The position numbers and the translations under genes are program-made. Positions 40,301 through 52,910 of a stretch of DNA of 64,000 nucleotides are shown piece by piece. The notes below the pieces were generated by a model. The model worked only from the letters and a program-made list of their open reading frames with translations. It was not told the DNA's origin and ran no database searches. How positions within the stretch are numbered: position 1 is the first letter of the stretch; each line of letters starts with the position of its first letter. The DNA is from Eledone cirrhosa (Eukaryota), in the NCBI GenBank assembly GCA_964016885.1, contig OZ024741.1, positions 218,364,001 to 218,428,000 of the forward strand, given 5' to 3'.

Positions 40301-40931
40301 CTCTCTAGTCTAGGTTGTATATGTCTGTCATGGTGTACTGTCCTCTCCAGTCTAGGTTGTATATATCTGTCATGGTGTACTGTCCTCTCTAGTCTAGGTT
40401 GTATATATCTGTCATGGTGTACTGTCCTCTCCAGTCTAGGTTGTATATATCTGTCATGGTGTGCTGTCCTCTCCAGTCTAGGTCGTATATATCTGTCATG
40501 GTGTACTGTCCTCTCCAGTCTAGGTTGTATATATCTGTCATGGTGTACTGTCCTCTCTAGTCTAGGTTGTATATATCTGTCATGGTGTAATGTCCTCTCC
40601 AGTCTAGGTTGTATATATCTGTCATGGTGTACTGTCCTCTCCAGTCTAGGTTGTATATATCTGTCATGGTGTAATGTCCTCTCCAGTCTAGGTTGTATAT
40701 ATCTGTCATGGTGTACTGTCCTCTCCAGTCTAGGTTGTATATATCTGTCATGGTGTAATGTCCTCTCCAGTCTAGGTTGTATATATCTGTCATGGTGTAA
40801 TGTCCTCTCCAGTCTAGGTTGTATATGTCTGTCATGGTGTACTGTCCTCTCCAGTCTAGGTTGTATATATCTGTCATGGTGTACTGTCCTCTCCAGTCTA
40901 GGTTGTATATATCTGTCATGGTGTGCTGTCC
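25311..40931. repeat. 42-bp satellite array, about 372 units, 15.6 kb
   Basis: Consensus ttgtatatatctgtcatggtgtactgtcctctc(c/t)agtctagg. Phase is maintained throughout (14-aa periodicity). Confidence 0.99.
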
Positions 40932-41213
40932 AGATCTCTTTAGCCGTAGTTTTCTGTGGCTGTCATCTTGTAATGACCTCTCCACTGTAACACTTCACAA
41001 GTTCCGGCTTGCCGCAACTTCCGGTTAACTTCAATTTTCAATGATGTTACTTTTTACATTTTTTTTCTACTTTTTTGCCGAACCAGTAGGGAAGTTTTAT
41101 TTTAGGTTTTGTTGTCTTTTTCATTTTAATCTTTTGTGTCTACATACTATAGTGGTTGTTGTTACTGTTGTCGGGGTAAAGTTAAAACTGCAACTGAAAT
41201 AGGAAGAAAATTG

Positions 41214-41538
41214 AAGAGAGAGAGAGCTTGAGCGAGTAAGAGTGCAGTTAGAGAGAATTTTAGGGAGAGAGTTAAAGAGGGAGAGAGAACGAGAGAGAGA
41301 GAGTGTGTAGTTAGAGAGAGATTTAGGGAGCGATTTAAAGAGGGAGAGAGAACGAGGGAGAGAGAGACAGTGTAGTTAGAGAGAGATTTAGGGAGAGAGT
41401 TACAGAGGGAGAGAGAACGATTGAGAGAGAGAGAGAAAGGGGGGGGCGTGAGCGAGAGAGACTGCAGTCAGAGAGAGATTTAGGGAGATAATTAGAGAGG
41501 GAGAGAGAGCGAGAGAGAGGGAGAGACATATAGAGAGA
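41214..41538. repeat. GA-rich low-complexity repeat with ~50-60-bp degenerate units
   Basis: gttagagagagatttagggag recurs about 4 times. Confidence 0.8.
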
Positions 41539-41698
41539 GTTTTGACAAATTATTACTAGTTTATTATTGGTGTTGTGTATTTTTACTAGATTTTATTGTA
41601 ACTCCCCCTCCACTGTCCCTGTGCGTCGTATTGTCCCCTATATGTCGGCCCTCGTGGCCAATAAATAAAACAGTTATTATTATTATTATTATTGATAT

Positions 41699-41912
41699 GA
41701 GCGTGGATTGACAGTATCGGTAGAGGGTCGGATGCCATGCTTTGCAGCACAGAGTTACGACCCTTTATGATCTGAGTTCAAATCCCGCCGAGGTTAACTT
41801 TGACTTTCATCCTTACGGGGTCGATAAAATAAAGTACCAGTCACGCACTGGGGTCGATTTAATCGACTTTCACCTCCCCAAAATTGCTGGCCTTATGCCT
41901 ATATAAGAAATC
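41699..41912 (+). mobile_element. tRNA-derived SINE (octopus-type), after a (TTA)n run
   Basis: tggattgacagtatcggtaga (A-box-like), gagttcaaatccc (B box), body actttcatccttacggggtcgataaaataaagtaccag, tail aattgctggcctt. Multi-copy in the window. Confidence 0.8.
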
Positions 41913-41920
41913 ATTATTAT

Positions 41921-42092
41921 TCGGTAGAGGGTCGGACGCCATGCTTTGACGCATAGAGTTGCAGCCCTTGCCATTCTAATTTCAAATCCCGCCGAGGTTA
42001 ACGTTGCCTTTCATCGTTACGGGGTCCATAAAATATAGTACCAGTAATGTACTGGGTAATTGCTGGCCTTGTGCCAAAAGTAGAAACAATTA
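41921..42092 (+). mobile_element. Second, tandem, partly deleted copy of the same SINE
   Basis: Homologous to 41717-41912. Confidence 0.78.
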
Positions 42093-42194
42093 TTATTGAT
42101 ATGAAGAACTGTGGCAGAGTTGTCCACAATTCTCTGAATTCTTCTGACATTGAGATTTTATCTGAGACACTTCAGTAGAACGAAAGGACTTGGG

Positions 42195-42530
42195 ACACAC
42201 ACAAATACACACACACATGCACTGTTACACACACACAGATGCACGGTTACACACACACACACACACACACATGCACGATAACACACATATATACATGCGT
42301 ACATACATATATAAATATATGCATACATGCACACACACGCACACATACACACACATACATGCATACACATACATATATATACACATGCGTACGTACATGT
42401 ATATAGACGCACATGCACGCGTACACATATACACACACACATGCACGATTACGCACACACACACATACACATACATACACACACATACACACACATACAC
42501 ACACACACACATACATACATGTATGCCTAC
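42195..42530. repeat. Compound (CA)/(CATA) microsatellite
   Basis: Direct reading. Confidence 0.85.
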
Positions 42531-42783
42531 ATAAACATTCCAAAAATGTTGCATCTAATAACTGCATATACACATGTACAGATACAAAGCATACACACAT
42601 GCACATATACAACTCAAAACATACACATCCACACATACAATAACATCCATATCTACGCATGCATGCATGCAGACATATCTACCTAGTTGATGTTGGGTAA
42701 ATTCCAATGAGAGAGTCTTGTGTCTATGTTAGAAACCGACACTCTCTCTATTGGGAAAACTTTGTGAAATTATAAAACCAGAA
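42531..42783 (+). mobile_element. 5'-truncated 3' end of R4-like family B
   Basis: Homologous to 23544-23795 (taaacattcc...catctaataactg...ctacctagttgatgttg...gggaaaactttgtgaaattataaaa). Confidence 0.88.
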
Positions 42784-43259
42784 CATACATCCATACGTAC
42801 ACATATACACACACCCATATACTTGCGTACATATATGCATACATACACACATACACACATACATATATACATATGCACTTAAATATAGACACACATACTA
42901 GTATATGTGTTCGTGTGAATAATAAATATGTGTATGTATATATACAAACACAAGTGGTTTTCTAGTGAAGAAAAAAACAATCTGACTCTAATGTCATTTT
43001 ATCAACTTTCCGTTAAGTCCTTCCTGCTTAGATAAAAAAAAAAAAAACGCGCGTCACACACATACAAACTCATACACACATACATACACACACTCACACA
43101 CACACACGGACGCACACACACACATAAGTGTGTGTGTGTTTGTGTATAGTTGTATATATAAATATATGAAATATCCTATAACATCATATGTGTGATATAT
43201 ATATAATATACACACACACACACATATATATATAATATACACACACACACACATATGTC

Positions 43260-43261
43260 AT

Positions 43262-43293
<32 letters not shown>

Positions 43294-43372
43294 GGGTGTG
43301 TGTGTCCAAAATGTATACACATATTTATTAGACTGCTGTTGATGTGTGTATACATTCTTTTGTAACATCCTG

Positions 43373-43421
<49 letters not shown>

Positions 43422-43469
43422 CCTTATCGAGCCCTCTTTGGATTTTAGTCTTCACATTTATTATTATTA

Positions 43470-43546
<77 letters not shown>

Positions 43547-43649
43547 ACACACACACACATATATATATATGGGTGTGTGTGTCCAAAATGTATACACATA
43601 TTTATTAGACTGCTGTTGATGTGTGTATACATTCTTTTGTAACATCCTG

Positions 43650-43700
<51 letters not shown>
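43260..43700. repeat. Direct duplication of an ~85-bp island among (TA)/(CA) tracts
   Basis: atgggtgtgtgtgtccaaaatg...gtaacatcctgatt at 43292-43375 and 43569-43652. Confidence 0.85.
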
Positions 43701-43712
<12 letters not shown>

Positions 43713-44023
43713 TTGTACGTCTATGTATATATATACACATACACCATGTGCAATCCAATTGGTTGTTTTATATAGTTGGATAGGAGAAAGCATTACCATT
43801 TGTTTATGATGGCGAAAATAGAAGGGAAACTTTTGGAATTACATTAGCTGGGGTCAACTTTGCTACTGACCTACACTGACAGTGCAGGTTTACACCATTT
43901 ATATATAGACGTGTATATATATATACATACATACATACATACATGCATAATATATGTATATATATACACATACATATATATACATATATATACATATATA
44001 TACGTACATACATAAACAAATGT

Positions 44024-44056
<33 letters not shown>

Positions 44057-44256
44057 CGTTATTCCGGGTTGAATCGGAGGTAACCACAGTAAGTAAGGTA
44101 CTCAATACATAGCAGAGTATAACAGTTTTAATATAGATGAGATTCTACAGGACTAGAACTGTTTCATTCATTAGAAATCATCAGGAATCTCTGAGATTCC
44201 TGATGATTTCTAATGAATGAAACAGTTCTAGTCCTGTAGAATCTCATCTATATTAA

Positions 44257-44260
<4 letters not shown>
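44057..44260 (-). mobile_element. Solo pLTR-like unit with 137-bp palindrome (44124-44260) plus unique tail, inside (TA)n
   Basis: 68-bp arms are reverse complements about 44192. (TA)n on both sides. Confidence 0.8.
44193..44245 (+). ncRNA. Type I hammerhead ribozyme motif (mirror copy on minus strand at 44139-44191)
   Basis: GAGATTC-CTGATGA-T-TTC(TAAT)GAA-T-GAAA-CAG(TTCTAGTC)CTG-TA-GAATCTC: 7-bp stem I, 4-bp stem III, GUA triplet. Confidence 0.82.
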
Positions 44261-44293
<33 letters not shown>

Positions 44294-44399
44294 TAGATAT
44301 ATAGATATTTACACACACATACATATATATATACACACACACACATACACACACACACACACACATATATATGCACATGCACACGTACACACACACAAT

Positions 44400-44432
<33 letters not shown>

Positions 44433-44649
44433 TTAGATAGCTATATATATTTATATACATGTGTATATATAAATATCTGTGTGTGTGTGGGGTGTATATA
44501 TGTGCATACATGTATGTATGTATATATGTATGTATATATGTATGTATATATGTACGTATATATGTATTGTGTGTATATATATGTAAGTGTGTATGTATTT
44601 ATATATATGAGTGTGTGTGTATGTATGTATGCATGTATGTATGTGTGTA

Positions 44650-45065
44650 TCTATCCGGGAGAGATGACTCCTTAGCCTTTGTCAAGACAGAAATCTAGGA
44701 GCAGGAAAACTCTGATATAACACCTGCAACCCTGATGGTATCCAATGATGTTGACTTGTTCTTCTTTTTGGTAAATATCATCTTGGTTAAGGGAGTGGGA
44801 CTGGCTTTGTGCAGTGCCTTTGCTCAATATAAAAGCTTCACGGCACAGGCATTGCTTTGTATCTGGAGATCTCTCTGCACTTGTCGTCACATGGTACCAT
44901 GGGCCCAGTACTATGTGTTAATAATTGTCACAAGTGTAGTGTTTGTACCAGAATTTTCAAGTCGCTGGCTGGACTAAAAAGTCACACTCGTTCAGCGCAT
45001 CGGTAGGGGTTCTCCTACATGGATATAAAGTAGTGGCCGTACTCGAAAACGAGTTGGCAGCGACC
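44650..45065 (+). mobile_element. Probable RTE-type LINE 3' end with terminal C2H2 finger and (ATGT)n tail
   Basis: 44929-45006 translates HKCSVCTRIFKSLAGLKSHTRSAHR*, followed by hairpin actcg-aaaa-cgagt and (TATG)n. Confidence 0.55.
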
Positions 45066-45157
45066 ATGTGTGTATGTATGTATGTATGTATGTATGTATG
45101 TATGTATGTATGTATGTATGTATGTATGTATGTATGTATGTATGTGTGTATGTATGA

Positions 45158-45360
45158 ATGTTCTCTTTCTATTAATCGTGATCGGCCACATTCCCGGTAG
45201 CCATGTTGTAAAGAGATGAAAGTTGTCGTCTTCTCTTTTGTAAGCGTTCCTCCTTTGAAACATAAGAATGTTTTACACATTTTGAAGGATCCAGATTTCG
45301 TGGCCATTTGTAGCTTATGAATTAAGGAGCTACTTTCTTTCCCTACACATCCAAGCCAAG
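45158..45360 (-). mobile_element. 3' end of a third R4-like family, tail in (CATA)n
   Basis: Minus strand MATKSGSFKMCKTFLCFKG resembles family A MAAIAGTFKICKTFLRFKG, with a similar 3' UTR. Confidence 0.75.
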
Positions 45361-45412
45361 TACAGTCGTACTAGTCCTGGTCAGTTAATATATATGCTGT
45401 AGTTTCAATAAT

Positions 45413-45600
45413 AATTATTTCTACTTTTGGCACAAGGCCAGCAATTATTCCAGTGTATTACTGGTACTTTATTTTATCGACTCCGTAAGGATGAAAGGCA
45501 AAGTTAACCTTGGCGGGATTTGAACTCAGACCATAAAGGGCCGTAACTCTTTGCTGCAAAGCATGGCGTCAGACCCTCTACCGATACTGCCAATCCACCA
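45413..45600 (-). mobile_element. tRNA-derived SINE, same family as 41699-41912
   Basis: Reverse-complement homology. Flanked by (TAA) runs. Confidence 0.8.
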
Positions 45601-46609
45601 ATAATAATGGGTATGAAACTTAACGTGTATTTTGGGTACTGAATCTTCCTAGCTATCTTCCTAACAATGGTCCGTAGCTATCGTCCTTATCATTCATTTT
45701 TCTAACTATATTAACTTCGAACGGGTAGCTGATTTCTACTACAAAGCATGCTATTAACATGTGGTCCCAACCACCAATATCAGGCCAGTTGAGGTATAAT
45801 TTGATGGCAGTATATCCCCTTACTTGTTTTTATTTTCCCATTACAGATTGTTCTAGCTGCGGTTTATGTGGAAGTGATAAAAACTAAGGATATTATTTTA
45901 ATAATTTATTTCTAGAATATAATTACAGAAATGTTCAGCATATATGTACAAATGACATACATGAGTAAATGTATGAGTAACTTTGGAGAAATAACTATTT
46001 ATAGGGACAAATGTAAGGTTAGAACTCGGGACCTTGCGATTGGAAAGCGAACTTCTTGTATCAACTTGACTGAGATAAAAAAATTGTGTGTGTGTGTGTG
46101 GAGGGGGGGGGGTCTGTGTGTGTTTGTGTGTGTGTGTGTGTGTGTAGTAAATGACTGATAAGTTTTTCAAAAGCCGGTACAATGTGGTAGAAACTACGAA
46201 AGGTAAATAATGGTAAATGAAACAAAGTAAAGTCATGTTTCACCCAGTGTATTTTAGCATATTTCAGCGTTATTACCTTTATTATGTCAATTTCCTCATT
46301 TTGCCAGATTTCTCCTCGTTTGGGGGTCTGTTTTTTTTATGGTACTCCCCGTTTAGGTGTTTTGAGGTTGGCAGATCTGCACACAACTTGTCACACACTG
46401 TATCATACTAAATCTCCCTAAGAACTACGCAATATTATTGCCGTTAAAGTAGTAGTTGGCAGTTGGTAGTTAAAGGAAGGGTTCCTTAAAATGGTGGTTG
46501 TATCAGTGGTGGTATGCAAAGCAAATACAAAGATATATGAAAACTATTAACGTATATATATATATAGAATCATTAGAACATCTGACTGATAAAATAACAA
46601 ATCAGTCAA

Positions 46610-46900
46610 TCATATTGGTGGCCTCCCCACAGCCCCGGCGGACAGAATGGAGAAGGCGTTTCCCCGGAGGACGGCAAGGGAGACGCGCTGGAAAAGCCAT
46701 TCCAGCTCGCGAGGCTCACACCTGCGGCTGGCTAGCTCAGCGCCTATGGTGGTGAGTAGGGAGGTAGCTCTAGGGCGGAGGACACCAGAAGACTCCACTG
46801 CCAAGGGTACAACCGCAAACCTGTCAGAGAGCGACCGGCATTTGGAGAGTTTGGCCTCCTCAGCCCGACGTGCAGCAGAACCTGGGTTAGTCGCAGACTG
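46610..46900 (-). mobile_element. CRE-clade non-LTR retrotransposon C-terminal endonuclease fragment
   Basis: GSAARRAEEAKLSK...F..VPLAVESSG...A..LL..IG..L.....EPRE..WLFQRVSLAVLRGNA.SIL in ORF 46610..46978. GC-rich island. Confidence 0.78.
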
Positions 46901-47264
46901 CACCAATGGGTACAGATGTCTGTCAAATGCTAACAACTGGAACAGTGGTCGTCGAAACAGACGGAAGACCATCCCCAATGCATGAAATAAAGCTGATTTA
47001 TTATATATATTTTAAAGAGTTCTTTAATCAGTTTTTGTTTGATTATTAGTGGAGTGTATTTGGTTTATGCAATATATAATATATATTATGCAGCATAGAG
47101 ATTTTTTCCTTTTTCTCTTTCCGCTTGTTTTCGTTTGGCCTCAACAGAATTGCATTTATTATTGGAATTATTAGTGTTTTTTTCCTATATTTTTTCGTCG
47201 TTTACTCATAAATTATTGCCACGAAGCTGTCTATGAACTCGATAGTCATAACCATTATTGATTA

Positions 47265-47285
47265 ATATATAAATATATATATGTA

Positions 47286-47324
<39 letters not shown>

Positions 47325-47396
47325 TATATATATATATATTTTTTTTATATATCTAAAATATATATAAAATATATATATATAAAATATATATATATA

Positions 47397-47441
<45 letters not shown>

Positions 47442-47649
47442 ACTTTAGAAAGCCACATGATATATATATATATATTTATGATATATATATGATATATATA
47501 TATATATATATTTATGATATATATATCTATATATATATGTTTATATATATATATATGTTTATATATATATATGTTTATATATATATATATGTTTATATAT
47601 ATATATGTTTTTATATATATATATATGTTTATATATATATATATATGTT

Positions 47650-47686
<37 letters not shown>

Positions 47687-47849
47687 ATATGTTTATATAT
47701 ATATATATCTTTATATATATATATATGTATATATATATATAATGTTTATATATATATATATATGTTTATATATATATATATCTTTATATATATATCTTTA
47801 TATATATATATATGTTTATATATATATATATATGTTTATATATATATAT

Positions 47850-47910
<61 letters not shown>
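47265..47910. repeat. Long degenerate (TA)n with periodic gttt interruptions
   Basis: Direct reading. Confidence 0.92.
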
Positions 47911-47913
<3 letters not shown>

Positions 47914-48044
47914 TTTACTCCAGTCAATTCGACATGGTGCAGATTTATGGATTGGAGCATGTTATATTGTTTGTTCTTCCGAGCAGCACCAATTTTATGA
48001 TGGGATTACATATGTGCGTAGGGACATAGGGGCTGTGTAAGCTA

Positions 48045-48131
<87 letters not shown>

Positions 48132-48267
48132 TATATATATATATGCATATGGAACAAACACTATTTACACTGAGGCAAACAAACCTGTTAAGACATTTTA
48201 CTGTAAACAGCGGCTGTGGTGCAAGTCCTGTTATATAAACACAGTGGTGATTGTGTTAGTGTAAATA

Positions 48268-49014
48268 ATGGTGGTGGTGATGGTGGTGGTGTTACTGGTG
48301 CTGGTGCTGGTGTTAGTGGTATTACTGGTGGATGCTGCTGGTTGTGGTGGTGGTGTTACTGGTGGTGGTGGTGGTGTTGTTGTTGGTAGTGGTGGTGGTG
48401 CTGGTGTTAGTGGTATTACTGGTGGATGCTGCTGGTTGTGGTGGTGGTGTTACTGGTGGTGGTGGTGGTGGTGTTGTTGTTGGTAGTGGTGTTGGTGCTG
48501 GTGTTAGTGGTATTACTGGTGGATGCTGCTGGTTTTGGTGGTGGTGTTACTGGTGGTGGTGGTGGTGGTGTTGTTGTTGGTAGTGGTGTTGGTGCTGGTG
48601 TTAGTGGTATTACTGGTGGATGCTGCTGGTTTTGGTGGTGGTGTTACTGGTGGTGGTGGTGGTGGTGTTGTTGTTGGTAGTGGTGTTGGTGCTGGTGTTA
48701 GTGGTATTACTGGTGGATGCTGCTGGTTTTGGTGGTGGTGTTACTGGTGGTGGTGGTGGTGGTGGTGTTGTTGGTAGTGGTGGTGGTGCTGGTGTTAGTG
48801 GTATTACTGGTGGATGCTGCTGGTTGTGGTGGTGGTGTTGTTGTTGGTAGTGGTGTTGGTGTTACTGGTGGTGGTGTTACTGGTGGTGCTGTTGTTATTG
48901 TTGTTGCTGTTGTTATTGTTGCTGTTGTTGTTGTTGTTCGTGGTGGTGATGAAGGTGATGTTGAAGATGATGATGATAGCGATGATGATGATGATGATGA
49001 GGAGGAGGAGGAGG
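48268..49014. repeat. ~94-97-bp GGT-rich minisatellite (about 6 units) grading into (GTT)/(GAT)/(GAG) repeats
   Basis: gtgttagtggtattactggtggatgctgctgg recurs at ~97-bp spacing. Confidence 0.9.
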
Positions 49015-49127
49015 ATTTTATAAATTACATCCTTCAGAACATTGTTTCACATTGAATTGGTTTTGTATTTTCTTTTTTAATTTCGTTTTTTTTTTTCAGA
49101 TCAAATGTTTTAGTTACTGATGTGTTA

Positions 49128-49950
49128 CTGATGTATAGTTTTATACACTAATGTATAGTTTTATATACCCTCTTGTGTAGTTATATATTGAAGATTATGT
49201 AGTTATATACACTAATGTGTAGTTATATACAATTATGTTTCGTTTCATATACACTAATGTTTAGTTATATACACTCGTCTGTAGTTATATATACACTGTG
49301 TGGTTATATACATTCGTCTGTTGTTATATACACTAATATATAGTTTTATGTACATCAATATGTAGTTATATATACATTAATGTGTAGTTATATACACTAA
49401 TATATAGTATATAGTTTTATATACATTAATGTGTAGTTATATACACCTGTATGTAGTTATATACACTTGTCTGTAGTTATATATACATTAATGTGAAGTT
49501 ATATACTCCCGTCTGTAGTTATATACACTAATATATAGTTTTATATATATATTAATATGTAGTTATATACAGCCGTTTGTAGTTATATACACTAATATAT
49601 AGTTTTATATATATTAAGATGTAGTTATATACACCCGTCTGTAGTTATATACACTAATATATAGTTATATATACATTAATGTGTAGTTATATACTCTCGT
49701 CTGTAGTTATATACACTAATATATAGTTTTCTATACATTAATGTGTGGTTATATACATTCGTATGTAGTTATATACACTAATATATAGTTTTATATACAT
49801 TAATGTGTAGTTATACACAACCGTCTGTAGTTATATATACATTAATGTGTGGTTATATACATTCGTCTGTAGTTATATACACTAATATATAGTTTTATAT
49901 AGATTAAGGTGTAGTTATATACACTAATATATAGTTATATACACTAATGT
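49128..49950. repeat. Degenerate ~21-23-bp minisatellite (tagttatatacac core)
   Basis: Direct reading. Related array at 53680-54210. Confidence 0.85.
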
Positions 49951-50214
49951 TTAATGTGTTTATCATTTCTCGTTAACTTGTAAAAGATGAACTGTTGATG
50001 CCATTCCATTACTGCGGACCTGTTATTGAACTAGCCAGGAAAAAAAAAGAACTTTCGATGAAGCGGGTAAGAAGACCTAAACTTCAGGAGTAGATAACTC
50101 TTTCTTACGTTTGTTAATGTTTGTCATCCAATAAATAAGAGTTCAACAAATCCCAGTTTCTTGTTATTTTGCATATCGTTTAGCTAAAGCTATATATGTA
50201 TAGTTATTTAGCTG

Positions 50215-50362
50215 CAAGGAATGTGTGATGGGATGTGTGATAAAGGAATGTATGGTGAAGGAATGTATGATAAAGGAATTTATGATGAAGGAAATTATGA
50301 TGAAGGAATTTATGATGAAGGAATGTGTGATGAAGGAATGTGTGATGAAGGAATGTGTGATG
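50215..50362. repeat. 15-bp minisatellite (gatgaaggaatgtgt)
   Basis: Direct reading, about 9 units. Confidence 0.85.
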
Positions 50363-50514
50363 TAGAGATTGAATGTATGTATGTAAATGATTCAATGTGT
50401 CACCTTGAGGACTTGATAGTTGTATGATAAAGTGAAGAGTAAATTGGATTATACCCGATAGAATACGATCGCGAATACAAGCGGCCGAAATGCCCCCCTC
50501 CCCCTGCCCCGAAG

Positions 50515-50850
50515 GGTCTTTGGAGTAACGCTACTTGATAAAGTGTGTAGCTCGTGGATCAGAGAGTTACTCCAGGTAGAGCCATTACTTCTCCGAATTG
50601 AGAGATCACAGTTCCGATACTATGGGCATCTGGTTAGTATATCTCAGGAAAGAATCGCTGGACAGATTTTACGGGCAAAACCAAACGGCAGGAGACCCAG
50701 GGGTAGACCCTGAGCAAGATGGTTGGATAAGATCTATGAGCTTGGCTGGCTTCGCTTGAAGATCCAGCCAGATCAGTTGGAAACAGTTGCTTCTGACAGA
50801 ACCCGCTGTGTTTGAGGATTCTTCCCCCACAATCCTCTCAAGAAGAAGAA
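50515..50850 (+). mobile_element. RTE-clade (Expander/Rex3-like) LINE 3' fragment
   Basis: Manual translation GVTLLDKVCSSWIRELLQVEPLLLRIERSQFRYYGHLV...RRPRGRP*ARWLDKI..LGW.RL.I...QLETVASDR. Confidence 0.8.
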
Positions 50851-52001
50851 GTAAAAGAAGAGTTACACTCAAGAACATTTGGTTAGCATGTTCAATCCCG
50901 CTCAATTTTTATATTGACGAAAATTGAGCTGAGAAAAATGAAAGCATCTCTTGATTACAAATAGAGTTGTTTATTCTTCAATTTTAGATTTGAAACGACG
51001 TTCAAATCTTTGGATGATTTGGGTTGACAAAAGAATATTTTTTGCTTTTAGAGGGAACAAAAATAAAGAAGAAAAAAAAAAAAAGATGATCAAGCAACGA
51101 AAGAAATGGAGAAAAGAGGGGCATACACTACACCCTAGCCTGAGTGGTGTCTCACTCGCACCCCGCGGACAAAATGGCAAAGAATAATTATAAGTCGAAT
51201 CAGCAATATAAAGAACTATAAGATGTTTGTGTTACAGAAATATACTCTCGGATCTCGAATAATCGTGACCCCCACCCACTTATTATCCCCCCCCCTCCCG
51301 TGCGCTCTTATTCCAACTCCGTTCGCTTATTAAATTTTTCTCATCTATCTCGGGCGATATTTTATTTTATATCGTAGAATTCCTGTGACAATTTTCTTTA
51401 GACATTAAAAAACATTATCCCTGACAAAAGAAAAAGTATATTACTAGAAATTCCATACGTTATAAAATAAATAGGATGGGTTTGGTTGGGTTGGGGTCTC
51501 AATATGTAAACTAAACGACGAATTCTGGTTTTAAAAAAAATCAACGGAGACAACCTAGAAAAATTACCGATTCCCTTCCCCCAGCTTATTCCCGCCCCCT
51601 ATTATTTCAGATGTAACCAGATGCTCCACAAAAGACTGGGGTTAAGTTTTTAGATGTGGAACATACAAACTGAAATTCGTAGTAAAGTTTATATAAAGCT
51701 GTCAAAGAGGCAAACAAGTAAAGTTTAGTAATAAGTTCTGTGAAAAATAGAACAATCTGTCAACTCTATTAAAAACGAGTGGTTCGTATGTTCAGTTTAT
51801 TTTGGCTAATTATGTTAGATGTGTTATTAAACTTTGTGTTTTAAATTTCGTAAGAATCTATAATTGGCCAGTGGGGGAGTGGCTTACAACATTTAAACTT
51901 TGTTAGGTTAATATGAATGAAAAGCTCTTTTGAATAAATTTTCGAATTTATGATACAAAGTGCGCCAGTATATTTTTACTTTTTTCAAAAATGCTCCGCG
52001 A

Positions 52002-52025
52002 GTAACAAAAGTTTGGGAAACACTG
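52002..52025. mobile_element. Possible hAT (Charlie-like) terminal inverted repeat relic
   Basis: aaagtttgggaaacactg, whose reverse complement begins CAGTGTTTCCCAAAC. No partner end found. Confidence 0.3.
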
Positions 52026-52208
52026 CAGGGAGAGTGCGTGAAAGCTGAGATGTAGCTTTACTAACCTTCATGTACTATGATTTGGCTGGGACTGTGCCGA
52101 GTACTATGACAGATTGCCACAGGTTTCCACAGCCAAGGCCCCTTGTCCAGTGTCTGAGAGAGAGAGCCGAGTGAGTGAGAAGGAATAGGGCATAATTGAA
52201 CTTAATGC

Positions 52209-52498
52209 AGGAGGCGTGCGGCCTAGTGGTCAGGGTGTTGGACTTACGATCATAATGTCGTGGGTTCGATTCCTGGACTGGGTTGTGTGTTGTGTTCTTG
52301 AGCAAAACACTTCATTTCACGTTGTTTGAGTATACTCAGCTGAAAACGAATACCAGCAATACCTGGACGTTTAACTCTGCAATGGACTGGCGTCCTGTCC
52401 AGGAGAGTGGAGGGAGTTCTTGTACTCTCAGTCACTTCACACCGCGGAAACCGGGATAAGCACTGGCCTGATGAGCATCCGGGCTCGAGTCGGAATTT
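52209..52498 (+). mobile_element. tRNA-derived SINE with V-domain-like central block
   Basis: A box ggcctagtggtcaggg, B box ggttcgattcc, then ctgcaatggactggcgtcctgtccagg and aaaccgggataag...ggcctgatgag. Confidence 0.8.
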
Positions 52499-52603
52499 AG
52501 AATCTAATATAGCCCTAGGTTTCAACATTGCTATTTCAGCGATGACGTCATAGCTGCTTTTCGTACCCACAGATTTGCCCCTGTGTTGTGTGTATTTACA
52601 TAT

Positions 52604-52655
52604 CAGGGGTTTCAAACACGCAGCCTGCAAGCTACTTTCCTATGGCCCGCGGCAT
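52604..52655. mobile_element. Possible hAT MITE terminus relic
   Basis: caggggtttcaaacacgcagcctgc...tggcccgcg. Confidence 0.3.
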
Positions 52656-52910
52656 AACAATTTTCGTGACGAATATTTTCCCAAAACTTAGTAATTTATC
52701 CCTCTTTTAATGATATTTATTCTATAATTTATTGCAATTTATCCCCGAAATACAATAAAATGAAAAAAGGTAGAATTTATCAAAAGTGAAATCAGAAAAA
52801 AAAAAAAAAAAGGGAAATTTGCCAAAAGTAAAAACTGAATTAAGGAAAATTTGAAACGGAAAATTTGTTTCCCTACATTTTGTACTAATTCACATATCTT
52901 ACTTACTATT

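Noticed and set aside
25311-40931. Long ORFs (up to 821 aa, HHDRYIQPRLERTV repeats) and a CRISPR-like appearance
   Set aside because: These are translations of a 42-bp satellite. The commonest variant is synonymous in two frames, but most others are non-synonymous or create stops. There are no unique spacers and no cas genes.
52209-52280. tRNA gene (also 53990-54091 and 13350-13436)
   Set aside because: A and B boxes are present but there is no complete cloverleaf or acceptor stem, and the sequence continues into a SINE body.
52466-52498. CTGATGAG as a hammerhead core
   Set aside because: It is part of the SINE 3' region and has no GAAA box or stem III.
52002-52655. Single hAT MITE defined by the two TIR-like motifs
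   Set aside because: The motifs face away from each other and differ in sequence, so they cannot be the two ends of one element.
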